Shown piece after piece: positions 1-8,930 of a stretch of 44,994 nt of DNA. The position numbers were made by a program, and so were the translations under genes. Numbering within the stretch: the stretch's first letter is position 1; every line of letters begins with the position of its first letter. A model generated the notes under the pieces. The model was not told where the DNA came from. It was given only the letters and a program-made list of their open reading frames with translations, and ran no database searches. This DNA is from a virus (taxonomy: Duplodnaviria > Heunggongvirae > Uroviricota > Caudoviricetes). The stretch lies in the IMG/VR virus record IMGVR_UViG_3300038492_000258, positions 1 to 44,994 of that record; one strand, written 5' to 3'.

Positions 1-1804
1 ATGTCACTGTAATAGACACTTGGTTGTCTGCCCAGTATTTCTGGTAAACCACAGCATTATTAACCTGTTCCCAAATAGACACATCGTTCTTAGAACGAAC
101 GAAATCTTTTTCATGAACTGGAAATGCTACAACAACGCTAGAATCTTCTTTGCCAACCTCTGGCTCGATAAAGTAGCCAGCATCGTCTAACAACTTAACA
201 AGTGGCGAATTAATACTGAGGCGAATACGCCTCAGGTAGTATTCAGAGTGCGGATAGTGAATGCCCGGCGGCTCGCCCGGCAGTAGAGATACTGTACCAC
301 TAGGCTTAACAGAAGTTCTCTTAATTGATCTCGGAACGCCCAGCCAATCAGAGTAGATTGTGTCAAGCGTGTCGAGGAATCTATATCCCTCGTCACACCA
401 ACGAATCATCTCGCGACGACCCTGCTTAGCAAAGGCCCGAATGATGCCGCTCTGGCTTAGTCCAATTCTGCGATTTTTCGTCATAACAGCATTGGTTTCT
501 TTCCAGTGCGTGGGCACCAGTGTAACCGTCTTGGCATACAGATACGCCACCTTCAATGTTTCCGTATATTCCTCGAATGTCTCGTGTCTTGCCGGGAAAG
601 TTTCCACCAACGTACAAAGCTCATAATTGTGTAGAGTTTGCTCAAGGCACGGATTGCCACCCACAGCATTTTTATCTTTCCAATTGGGCGGATCAACCAT
701 CCGACCATACGCACGAGCATTGTCCAGCCATTCATAACCAGGCTCTCCATTAATTGCGGTTTGCTTGGCATGCCAAGAGTAATCCATACCAACCTTGGCA
801 AAAATAGAGTTATTGCTTGCCCAGCGATGGTGCATCAGCTTCTCGTTGTCTTGCTTCAATTGAGCAAATTCTTTGTCTGTGGGCTCTCCAAAGATAATCT
901 CGGCAGAACGTCGCACATTACCGGCCACAACACAACGACCAATTAAATTACCAATATCTACAATATCGGCAGTACCCAAAACATCTTCGATTTTGGCGTC
1001 TAGGATCTCTTTAATATAATCGTGCATTTCCTTCAGCGGCTCTGGACCACTTGAAAGACCACCGAATCCCTTAATCGGCTCGCCCGCTTCACGTAACTTA
1101 CTATAATCAAATTCCGGTAAAGGAAGGCCCTTGGAATAAGAAAGTAATAGAATACGTAGGCTGTCGACCCAACCTTCGCGGGTGTCCGGAATTGCGAATG
1201 TTAAAATACCCTGGCGAAGACTTAAAGTTCTCTTGTCTGAGAGTTTATATGTCTCGCGAAGATCCATTAGTTGGCCATCTTCTACGTCTTCGGGAGGGAA
1301 GGCACCTAAGACTTGTAGTTTTCCCGCTCCACGAACATCGAAGCCAACGCCAACGCCGACCATAGACATATCCATAACGAACTCTGCCCACATTGAGGGT
1401 TCTTCGTCGATATTTTCTGTGCTGACAAAGCCACAGTTATTTAGACAGGCACCGCCGCGTTCTGCGACATAGTCCGTACCCATGGCCCACATACCTCGAC
1501 CGGGCGGTAGAAATTTAAAGTCCCACATAAGCTCAAACATTCGTTTGGCTGTACGTTGAGCCTTGCGTTCGTCCCAAGGTAAGTGATTGGCGTCACAGTG
1601 ATTTTTCTGAATCGAAAACGTGCCTTCGACAATACGTTTAACTGTTTCCCAATACTCTTCAGTACGACTTTCGCCATCAACGGGGCGAGCATACGTTCTT
1701 TTAAAGGTAAAGAAACCTAGCGGCCCCCATTCCGGCTGCTTGTTTCTATACTTTTTAAGAAATGTTTCCGGAAGATCGAAAGAGTGTTGAGCAATATTAA
1801 ACAT
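1..1804 (-). CDS. nrdJ: Adenosylcobalamin-dependent (class II, RTPR-type) ribonucleotide reductase, 3' end beyond window
   Basis: Hand-translated, absent from ORF track. ATG at 1804 (MFNIAQHSFDLPETFLKKY...). Motifs FKRTYAR, FLPPGRG, LNNCGF, IPDTREGW, VVAGNVRRSAE, catalytic GNPCLEQ and SVKPSGTVSLL; frame open to position 1. Confidence 0.93.
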   Translation of the reverse strand, partial: MFNIAQHSFDLPETFLKKYRNKQPEWGPLGFFTFKRTYARPVDGESRTEEYWETVKRIVEGTFSIQKNHCDANHLPWDERKAQRTAKRMFELMWDFKFLPPGRGMWAMGTDYVAERGGACLNNCGFVSTENIDEEPSMWAEFVMDMSMVGVGVGFDVRGAGKLQVLGAFPPEDVEDGQLMDLRETYKLSDKRTLSLRQGILTFAIPDTREGWVDSLRILLLSYSKGLPLPEFDYSKLREAGEPIKGFGGLSSGPEPLKEMHDYIKEILDAKIEDVLGTADIVDIGNLIGRCVVAGNVRRSAEIIFGEPTDKEFAQLKQDNEKLMHHRWASNNSIFAKVGMDYSWHAKQTAINGEPGYEWLDNARAYGRMVDPPNWKDKNAVGGNPCLEQTLHNYELCTLVETFPARHETFEEYTETLKVAYLYAKTVTLVPTHWKETNAVMTKNRRIGLSQSGIIRAFAKQGRREMIRWCDEGYRFLDTLDTIYSDWLGVPRSIKRTSVKPSGTVSLLPGEPPGIHYPHSEYYLRRIRLSINSPLVKLLDDAGYFIEPEVGKEDSSVVVAFPVHEKDFVRSKNDVSIWEQVNNAVVYQKYWADNQVSITVT

Positions 1805-3020
1805 GACGCGTTGGAAAGAATAGAGAAGCCCCAGGAATGTCGGTTTTACCTTTAAGTAAAAGATCTCTCATGATAACGCTAGACAAGAAGGCGTGCGAAA
1901 TTCCATAGCCATTAAAGCCAGCCATGATATATTCGTTGGGCCTGTCAGGAAGTTGTCCAACTAGCGGCAAACCATCTTTTGTCTCACACATGATGCCACC
2001 CCATGTGTGTGTAACTTTCGTGTTGACAAAAGGTAAAGACTCATTCAAGAAATCTCTTAGCCTACTAAAGACGGCCTGACTAACTTCTCCATCGTAAATA
2101 ATGTTACGTTGAGCACCACGAACGGCATTTCTCTTGCCACCAATTAATAGACGGTTGCCATAAGTACGAAAATACTCAGAACCGTAGTTGCAAGACATGC
2201 TCATGGTGGGTAACTTATTCAAGGACTCTTCGGGCAATACGTCTGTCGAAATCATTTGCCCTCGAAATGGAACCATAAAGTCCTTGAATTCCGGGAGCAG
2301 CTCAGGCGTGTAGGCATTTGTACAGTACACTACTTTTTTCGCTCTGATAACACCCTTGTGTCGAATTGACACACTTAAACTACCGTCACTTTGTGGCGTA
2401 ACAGACTCAATCGTTGCGTTCGTATAAATACGTGGACCAACTGACTCAATACTGCGACGAATATTATTGACAAGTTTGTATGGATTCAGTGTGGCTTCGA
2501 TTGGAATGTAAGCTCCACCAACAAAAGTATCACTGGGAATAATAGACTTAATGGCTGATCTATCAAGAGTGATGCAGTTAGTGTCCGGAGCAATCTTGTT
2601 GATAAATTTTACTTCAGCTTCTAGCTTCCGAAATTCTTCTTCATCACAAGCTAATCTTAGTCCACCACCGACATGTAAGTCTACGTCTGCATTAGTGGTT
2701 TGAAGAATACGTGTAAATCGACGAATGTTGTGAGTTAAAAACAACGCATAAGCTCGGGCCACTGACGCGTCTTCGAAATCCGTAAAGTATTTGCTGCCAC
2801 GTAACATAAGCTGGCCACTGCTGCGACCAGACGCATGGTAGCCAACCGCAGATTCTTCTGCGAGATAGACGTTATTGGACTTACTGCGAGCTAACTGGAA
2901 AAGTAGACTCATTCCAGAAATACCACCGCCAACAATTAGTACGTCTACATTTTTAACGAAGCTTACGCCATTAACGTGACGACTATCGCAGGTTTCAAAC
3001 CAGTAGTTACTGTGTTTCAT
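1797..3020 (-). CDS. FAD-dependent oxidoreductase, DAO/DadA/PuuB-like
   Basis: DVLIVGGGISG Rossmann motif, ASGRSSG, CTNAY, P-x-RGQ, DGLPLVG, GFNGYG. Confidence 0.88.
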   Translation of the reverse strand: MKHSNYWFETCDSRHVNGVSFVKNVDVLIVGGGISGMSLLFQLARSKSNNVYLAEESAVGYHASGRSSGQLMLRGSKYFTDFEDASVARAYALFLTHNIRRFTRILQTTNADVDLHVGGGLRLACDEEEFRKLEAEVKFINKIAPDTNCITLDRSAIKSIIPSDTFVGGAYIPIEATLNPYKLVNNIRRSIESVGPRIYTNATIESVTPQSDGSLSVSIRHKGVIRAKKVVYCTNAYTPELLPEFKDFMVPFRGQMISTDVLPEESLNKLPTMSMSCNYGSEYFRTYGNRLLIGGKRNAVRGAQRNIIYDGEVSQAVFSRLRDFLNESLPFVNTKVTHTWGGIMCETKDGLPLVGQLPDRPNEYIMAGFNGYGISHAFLSSVIMRDLLLKGKTDIPGASLFFPTRHV

Positions 3021-3103
3021 AGATGAGTTATGAGATAAAGCAGGGAACCCGTAAAGACTCCCAAGAGAATAGCATTACGATATCTAACAATAAAGTCAAT
3101 CAT
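3017..3103 (-). CDS. 28-aa hydrophobic micropeptide
   Basis: MIDFIVRYRNAILLGVFTGSLLYLITHL*. Stop overlaps next start (ATGA) and the ORF fills the gap exactly; below ORF-track cutoff. Confidence 0.6.
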   Translation of the reverse strand: MIDFIVRYRNAILLGVFTGSLLYLITHL

Positions 3104-3193
3104 CTAAGCAAGAAGTACTGATAAAATAATAGCAATAATAAAAAGACCAACCATAATCTCACCACCACCAAGAATGTCGCCACGTTCTGCCAT
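3104..3193 (-). CDS. 29-aa single-TM micropeptide
   Basis: MAERGDILGGGEIMVGLFIIAIILSVLLA*. Start overlaps upstream stop (TAATG). Confidence 0.62.
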   Translation of the reverse strand: MAERGDILGGGEIMVGLFIIAIILSVLLA

Positions 3194-3534
3194 TACAGCA
3201 TTTCCTCAAGAGACGGTCCATCAACGCTTTCGCCCTCGGCAGCGGCCTTCATAGCCTGGAGCACTTTCTTAGCTTCTGTTTTAGTTGGCTGGAAATACAA
3301 ACGATAATTACGTTGCTCACAAGACACACAAATATCGGTCAGTAATTCTACCTCATCACCAGATCTTGTCGTATACTTTTGTTTCTCTAAGTTAATTTCG
3401 TGACCATGTGGGCGACGCATGCGAGGCTTGCCACATTGAGGACAAAACATGGCACGCACGCCATTAGTTTTTGTAAACTCCTCAACTTGACGTTGACGCT
3501 TAGCTGCTCGTGCTTCTTTAGTTCTTTTACTCAT
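3193..3534 (-). CDS. Hypothetical zinc-ribbon protein
   Basis: CPQC...CVSC; coupled overlaps at both ends. Confidence 0.75.
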   Translation of the reverse strand: MSKRTKEARAAKRQRQVEEFTKTNGVRAMFCPQCGKPRMRRPHGHEINLEKQKYTTRSGDEVELLTDICVSCEQRNYRLYFQPTKTEAKKVLQAMKAAAEGESVDGPSLEEML

Positions 3535-3998
3535 CCCGAACTACCAAACCCTTTCTCGCCTCGTGCCTTTTCTTCGGCCAATTCGTTGAATGTTTGTGGA
3601 CCGATATCCTTAATCCAAACTCCATTACGCTTTACTAACTCGCCTTGAACAATCTTCTGACCCTTTTCGATACAAAAAGGAGTAACGCCAGGAGAATAAG
3701 CAAGGCCACGAGGATGTAAATAACGCAAGACAACGCCAAGAAGACCGGTATACCCTTCGTCAATTACACCAGCACCAACAATAATGCCCTTAGTGGCAAG
3801 ACCAGAACGTTCTCGCAGTTCAAGGCCATATCCTTCAGGCAAAATTAGTCGAATGCCAGTTTGGATTACTTTAGTTTCTCCTGGCCGCAGCTCCACATAT
3901 TCGGCCGCATAAAAATCAAGGCACTGATCTGACTCATGTGCCTTGGTGGGGAGCTTAGCGTCGGGATGTTCCCGATACACTTGGATAGGTAGATTCAT
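3531..3998 (-). CDS. dut: Trimeric dUTPase
   Basis: RSGLA, GVIDEGYTG, IVQ, C-terminal RGEKGFGSSG. Confidence 0.95.
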   Translation of the reverse strand: MNLPIQVYREHPDAKLPTKAHESDQCLDFYAAEYVELRPGETKVIQTGIRLILPEGYGLELRERSGLATKGIIVGAGVIDEGYTGLLGVVLRYLHPRGLAYSPGVTPFCIEKGQKIVQGELVKRNGVWIKDIGPQTFNELAEEKARGEKGFGSSG

Positions 3999-4306
3999 TT
4001 CTTACCTACTACCACCTCTTCTGTTCCATTCCAGCGAACCCACTCTTTCGGGAAGAGCGAACCACCCTGTTTGTGTTGACCATACGTGAGCTTAGCACCG
4101 CAATCAGCACAACGCACTTCATAGAAATTGTTGCTATCTACGCTACGCACCGCAAACCGCAGATTCTCTTTTCCACACGCCCCGCATGCGGAAACATCAA
4201 AAACCTCTTGGAAAATAGCAAGTTGCGTGAAGACCGACTTCTGATCGTCGCCCTCAATTTCTACGGACATTCTACCATTCGGTGTAGTAAATCTTACTTT
4301 CATCAT
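3995..4306 (-). CDS. Hypothetical zinc-ribbon protein
   Basis: CGAC...CADC; ATGA overlaps. Confidence 0.75.
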   Translation of the reverse strand: MMKVRFTTPNGRMSVEIEGDDQKSVFTQLAIFQEVFDVSACGACGKENLRFAVRSVDSNNFYEVRCADCGAKLTYGQHKQGGSLFPKEWVRWNGTEEVVVGKK

Positions 4307-4929
4307 TTTTCTCCTGCTTCTAGTTCAGCCTTACGTGCCGCACGTTTCGAGATCTTTGCCTTTGGCTTGGCTTCATTTAAATACGCCATTGCTCGTTGGC
4401 CCTCTACTGTGGTCAGTTGGCTAAGTTCAGCAATTTGTGAAGCCCTTACCGGGTCTTCAACACTTTCATTAATAACAGTAATTACGTCAATACTCTTCGA
4501 CGTACACAGTTGCTCAATAGCACGTACAATGTTAGCATCAATAGACTTATTGGGTGAGGCATCAGTATTACCAAACCCAATCTCTTCCGCCGACAAAATA
4601 CGAATTCCTAATGCGTCCTTTAGACAGCGTGCCTGTGCCCGAGCCTGGGCAATAGCAGTAGGATATTTGCGAAACTCGCCTTCTAAAGATGCAGCAGTAG
4701 CATCTGCTGCGGCCTCCCAAGAGGTGCCATCTTCAAATACGGCAGTAAATACACACTGCACCATCGTGGTGGCTGGCGTGAATACTTGGCATCCAGTCTT
4801 AATTAAACCAGCCTCGTCAGCAAGTCGCTTCAGGCCATTCAATAAAACGACAGTCTTGCCGTTCATCTCTGCCTTTTCCTCGGGGTCTAGTTTCGCTTCC
4901 CAGTCAATACCTTTACGTTGTGCTGTCAT
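4303..4929 (-). CDS. Putative ssDNA-annealing protein (Rad52/Sak-like fold)
   Basis: Beta-rich core followed by AIAQARAQARCLKDALGI...AEE, resembling the Rad52-family terminal helix; inference. Confidence 0.5.
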   Translation of the reverse strand: MTAQRKGIDWEAKLDPEEKAEMNGKTVVLLNGLKRLADEAGLIKTGCQVFTPATTMVQCVFTAVFEDGTSWEAAADATAASLEGEFRKYPTAIAQARAQARCLKDALGIRILSAEEIGFGNTDASPNKSIDANIVRAIEQLCTSKSIDVITVINESVEDPVRASQIAELSQLTTVEGQRAMAYLNEAKPKAKISKRAARKAELEAGEK

Positions 4930-4945
4930 GTTGATATACTGTCTT

Positions 4946-5671
4946 TCAGGACTGAATCGTCAAGAACTTCTTTCGGTTTTTCTCGCAGAATTTCTCTATC
5001 TTTTCCAAGACCCGTTGACACCTAGCTCTTGAAATTGAATTCGAAATTTGTTCAATAATGATGACACGATAACCAGCAGAATTAAGCTGCTGTGTTAGTC
5101 GTTTGTAACGATCTTGTAATCTTTTAGCTGACTCGTCGCCATATGCACTCATGGGCAAGATTAGCTCTAGGACCACTTTATGATCGTCTAGGATAATGTC
5201 GGAAACATGGTCTGCTGTCAAGGAAACGCCGGATCTTATGTTGCCGACCTCCTCATCTAGAAACGCAAACAGTTCCTCGCCAAATTTCGACAGTCCGCCA
5301 GGAGAAGGTCGCGGAGCGGAAGTAAGTTTATTCATCCGACGACGCTTCTCAAGACGTGACTTGTTCTCCCATTCTTGTTTTCTTAACTTTGCAAGACTTT
5401 CTCTCTGTTTTTGTCCATTTTTACTGTCCCAAAACTCTCTAGCAGATTCAGAGATAGCCTGTTTAGTTTCGTCAGAATGTTGACTGCCCTGTCTTTGATG
5501 ACCGTAGTTTTCTATATGTAGTTTCTGAGCTTGACTTTTGTCGCGTGTAGCGATCTTGAATTTTTTCAAATTATAATAGACCGTTGATCGCGGAACATCT
5601 AAGTGCTCCGCGATCTCTCCAACCGACATGGTTTTGTATAGCTTCGCTAAACTATCTCTGTCGAGACTCAT
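4946..5671 (-). CDS. HTH + NUMOD3 + degenerate Vsr/DUF559-like domain (homing-endonuclease-derived DNA-binding protein)
   Basis: MSVGEIAEHLDVPRSTVYYNL HTH; GSQHSDETKQAIS NUMOD3-like; C-terminal D...VVLEL...LNSAGYRVIII. Confidence 0.6.
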   Translation of the reverse strand: MSLDRDSLAKLYKTMSVGEIAEHLDVPRSTVYYNLKKFKIATRDKSQAQKLHIENYGHQRQGSQHSDETKQAISESAREFWDSKNGQKQRESLAKLRKQEWENKSRLEKRRRMNKLTSAPRPSPGGLSKFGEELFAFLDEEVGNIRSGVSLTADHVSDIILDDHKVVLELILPMSAYGDESAKRLQDRYKRLTQQLNSAGYRVIIIEQISNSISRARCQRVLEKIEKFCEKNRKKFLTIQS

Positions 5672-5677
5672 GATACA

Positions 5678-6409
5678 TCATCGCTTTACAACATCCCAAT
5701 TAATCTTGAGACCAAGGCGAATAGCCTCAGCTTTTAGCTCTTGAGATGAAGCTCCATACTTTTCAATACAGAAGGTCCAACCACGCTCTTCAAGATCCCA
5801 CTTGAATAATTGAACTTGATCTTGATTGGTTGCATTAAGTCGCCAGGTATCCACGCTAGTAGTGGCAGCGAGTTTTTCTTCCTGTTGTTTCTCAAAACGC
5901 TTTTGACGCTCTGCGTCTTCTTGCTTAACGCGATTAGGATCCACTTCGCGTTTTTTACGCTCAATGGCTTCGGCCTGTTCTGCGGCTTTAGCTGCCTCTA
6001 ATTCGTCTAACCGTTGCTGGGCCACACGCTCAGCTTCACGCTGTTTGGCTGTATTTTCAGCACGTAGAGTGTTTTCGGCCTCTTCATCCTCACGATTCAT
6101 CTTGCGGAGCAATCCACGAGCTTCGTCTTGGCTATCAATATTAAGTTTACGCTTATAAAACTCAACACCAGCTCGATTTAGTCCAAGATCACGCTCGAAA
6201 TAAACTGGGGACCGGAGTTCCGCGACCAGTTGAGCGAAACGCTTAATTTGCTCGCGGGTTAACTCCGGGTGTGCTACCGGCTGACGCTCTTTACTAGCTT
6301 GCCACGCACGTTTTTCTCGATCTGTAATTTGATGTTCGCTAAAGGCACCCTGCATCTGAGCACTAAGCCCCTTCGGCATCTTTCTATTTCTTCTGCCATA
6401 ATCAGTCAT
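5678..6409 (-). CDS. Hypothetical coiled-coil protein
   Basis: E/K/R/A/Q-rich central helix; AGGAG SD upstream. Confidence 0.75.
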   Translation of the reverse strand: MTDYGRRNRKMPKGLSAQMQGAFSEHQITDREKRAWQASKERQPVAHPELTREQIKRFAQLVAELRSPVYFERDLGLNRAGVEFYKRKLNIDSQDEARGLLRKMNREDEEAENTLRAENTAKQREAERVAQQRLDELEAAKAAEQAEAIERKKREVDPNRVKQEDAERQKRFEKQQEEKLAATTSVDTWRLNATNQDQVQLFKWDLEERGWTFCIEKYGASSQELKAEAIRLGLKINWDVVKR

Positions 6410-6418
6410 AATCTTCTC

Positions 6419-7507
6419 CTAAAATAAGAATTCGTCCGCTCTGCGGAACACAGTTGGATCGGGGGCTTGTTTGTGATAGTCATATTGACACATTTTTTCG
6501 ACCAATTGGTCGAAACTACACTCTAATTCCCAGCCAAGTAGATCACGAGACTTACTAGCGTCACCAATAAGAACATCTACATCCTTGGGACGCATAAAAG
6601 CCGGGTTAATCTCTAGTACCTCTTCGGGTGCTAGATCGAAGAAGGCACAGCACTTCTCAAAAAACTCACGTACTTGGTGAGTCTCACCCGTAGCGATAAC
6701 AAAGTCGTCGGGTTCATCTTGCTGCAACATTAACCACATTGCATTCACGTAATCACCCGCGAAGCCCCAATCTCGATAGGCATCCATATTGCCAAGCTGG
6801 ATCTTTTCTTGGAGCCCCCATTTAATACGAGCAAGATTACGTGTGATCTTGCGAGTAACAAAATTTTCGCCACGCAGTGGAGATTCATGATTAAATAAGA
6901 TCCCACCTGTGGCGAACATATCAAATGATCTTCTATACACTCGTGTTTGATTAAACCCAAACACCTTGGCAGCAGCGTACGGAGACTCAGGCTCCATGGG
7001 AGAACGCTCATTCAGCTTAGTCTCACCTACTTCTTGCCTGACGCCCATGCCACGATAACCGACACCAGGAATGTACACCTTTTCGCTACCGTCAGGTAGT
7101 GAATTACCAAATTGCTCACTACTACCAGCAAAGTAGAATCGGCAATCGGGTTTCTCTTGACGAATCGCCTCAAGACAATTCAGCGTACCAATTCCAGTCA
7201 CCTCCGAAGTCATCAGAGGATACTCCCATGATAAAGCTACATGAGATTGAGCCGCTAAATGGTAGAACTCATCTGGTTGATATAACTTAACGGCTTTCTG
7301 AATACTGGAAATATCAGTAATGTCACCGTGAATGAGATTAAGGTTTGGACTTCCTCTCAGGGTCCGTAACCGTTCATCGTTCGGAGTAGACGTGCGGCGA
7401 ACTAACCCTACAACTCGATATCCTTTGGCGAGCAGAAGGCGAGCCAAATAGAAACCGTCCTGTCCAGTAATGCCAGTAATTACTGCTGTTTTTGATTCCT
7501 GTACCAA
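6419..7507 (-). CDS. gmd: GDP-mannose 4,6-dehydratase
   Basis: ITGITGQDG, LAAQSHV, SSE, YAAAK, LFNHESPLRG.NFVTRKI, RDWG. TTG start with AGGAG SD. Confidence 0.96.
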   Translation of the reverse strand: MVQESKTAVITGITGQDGFYLARLLLAKGYRVVGLVRRTSTPNDERLRTLRGSPNLNLIHGDITDISSIQKAVKLYQPDEFYHLAAQSHVALSWEYPLMTSEVTGIGTLNCLEAIRQEKPDCRFYFAGSSEQFGNSLPDGSEKVYIPGVGYRGMGVRQEVGETKLNERSPMEPESPYAAAKVFGFNQTRVYRRSFDMFATGGILFNHESPLRGENFVTRKITRNLARIKWGLQEKIQLGNMDAYRDWGFAGDYVNAMWLMLQQDEPDDFVIATGETHQVREFFEKCCAFFDLAPEEVLEINPAFMRPKDVDVLIGDASKSRDLLGWELECSFDQLVEKMCQYDYHKQAPDPTVFRRADEFLF

Positions 7508-8442
7508 TTAATTACTCTCCTTAATCCTTCTTCCAGTTTCATATTCGGCTCCCAACGAAGCCGCTCTTGTGCTCTACGAATATCTAGACTTCGCTTAGGT
7601 TGTCCGTTGGGCTGACTTTCATCCCAATAAATATCAGCACTATAATCACCAACTTGCTTAATTAATGTAGCAAGATCAGCAATGGTAATCTCTCGACCAG
7701 TACCAAGATTGATAGGTTCTGGACTAGTGTCTCTTTCTAAAGCAACCGCGATTGCTCTCGCACAGTCACCCGCATATAAGAACTCACGCGAAGCTGATCC
7801 ATCACCCCATAATTTAACATAACGGGACATAGCTGGCCCCACAGAACCTTTAGGTGGAGTATCACTAGTAATAGCCAGTTGTGGTTCTTCGAATTTTCTA
7901 ATTATAGCAGGAATAACATGACTGCTATACAGATCAAAATTATCCCACTCACCATACATATTCGCGGGCAGGAAATTTGTCACATTGAGATCGTACTGTC
8001 GCGAATAAGCCATCCCCATCTCCATCACCGCCTTCTTAGCGATTCCGTAAGGAGCATTTGTTTCTTCTGGATAACCCATCCAGAGATGATCTTCATGAAA
8101 CGGCGTAGCAACAAATTTGGGATATGAACATACGCTGCCCAGATTCACGACCTTCGGTACGTCCGCTAAGCGTGCTGCCTCAAGTACATTAATCCCCATC
8201 TGTAAATTCTCATAAATAAACTTACCGGGATTATCTTTGTTAATACCAATGCCGCCACAAGTGGCGGCAAGATGAACGATAGCATCAGTTGTATTTAACG
8301 TACCAAGATAATCAACAAGATTTCCTGGCTTCAGTAGATCTAATTCACTACGTGTTGGCGTGTACAACACATGATCGTCTTGAAGTGCAGACACAACATG
8401 TCTGCCGACAAAACCATTTGCACCTGTAATTAAGACTCGCAT
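7480..8442 (-). CDS. fcl: GDP-L-fucose synthase (epimerase/reductase)
   Basis: TGANGFVG, HLAA.CGGI, GSVCSYPK (catalytic Cys), YGIAK, SSHVIPA (catalytic His), WGDGSASREFL. Confidence 0.92.
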   Translation of the reverse strand: MRVLITGANGFVGRHVVSALQDDHVLYTPTRSELDLLKPGNLVDYLGTLNTTDAIVHLAATCGGIGINKDNPGKFIYENLQMGINVLEAARLADVPKVVNLGSVCSYPKFVATPFHEDHLWMGYPEETNAPYGIAKKAVMEMGMAYSRQYDLNVTNFLPANMYGEWDNFDLYSSHVIPAIIRKFEEPQLAITSDTPPKGSVGPAMSRYVKLWGDGSASREFLYAGDCARAIAVALERDTSPEPINLGTGREITIADLATLIKQVGDYSADIYWDESQPNGQPKRSLDIRRAQERLRWEPNMKLEEGLRRVINWYRNQKQQ

Positions 8443-8930
8443 TTTAGATCCCTTTTGTAACCAGCAATATTATCACTACAGATACCAGCAACTTCACCTA
8501 ATGCCTCTAACGTGTACTCCGTAATCTCAGGCTTGACGGCAATCGACAATGGCGTTAACGCCTTACCTGGATAAGTCCACAGATAACCACCGGACGTTAG
8601 TGTGACATCATCGGTTTGATGCCAGAAATAATTGATATCACCGGGTCGATAACGAGAATTGACAGAAACAACTAAGGCCATTTCCATCAAGCACTCAATA
8701 TTCTTGCAATGAATCCAAAGTCTCTTATCCATCAACCAAATAGGTGACTCAACTAAGTAAGTAGGCTCATCATGCCCTAAGTAGAACTTACCATTTTTCC
8801 ACCACACGTCAATCTCAACGTCGTAACCAGCGTCTAAAGCTTCTTGGACGTATTCGGGATCGTTTTCACGATTTGATGTGACGCCATACAAGTTACCACG
8901 ATGTGATATATATCTAATTCTGTCATTCAT
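8430..8930 (-). CDS. GDPD/PI-PLC-like phosphodiesterase-fold protein
   Basis: ISHRGN...EN...GYDVEIDVW...LGHD...WIHCKN...GICSD. Confidence 0.72.
   Translation of the reverse strand: MNDRIRYISHRGNLYGVTSNRENDPEYVQEALDAGYDVEIDVWWKNGKFYLGHDEPTYLVESPIWLMDKRLWIHCKNIECLMEMALVVSVNSRYRPGDINYFWHQTDDVTLTSGGYLWTYPGKALTPLSIAVKPEITEYTLEALGEVAGICSDNIAGYKRDLKCES

Noticed and set aside
360-1692. Short ORFs listed by the track at the left end
   Set aside because: All lie within the nrdJ reading frame region, which the track missed because its stop is outside the window.
4073-5032. 319-aa plus-strand ORF, and all other plus-strand ORFs such as 25117-25773
   Set aside because: They lie antisense to well-supported coupled minus-strand genes and show no recognisable motifs; treated as shadow ORFs.
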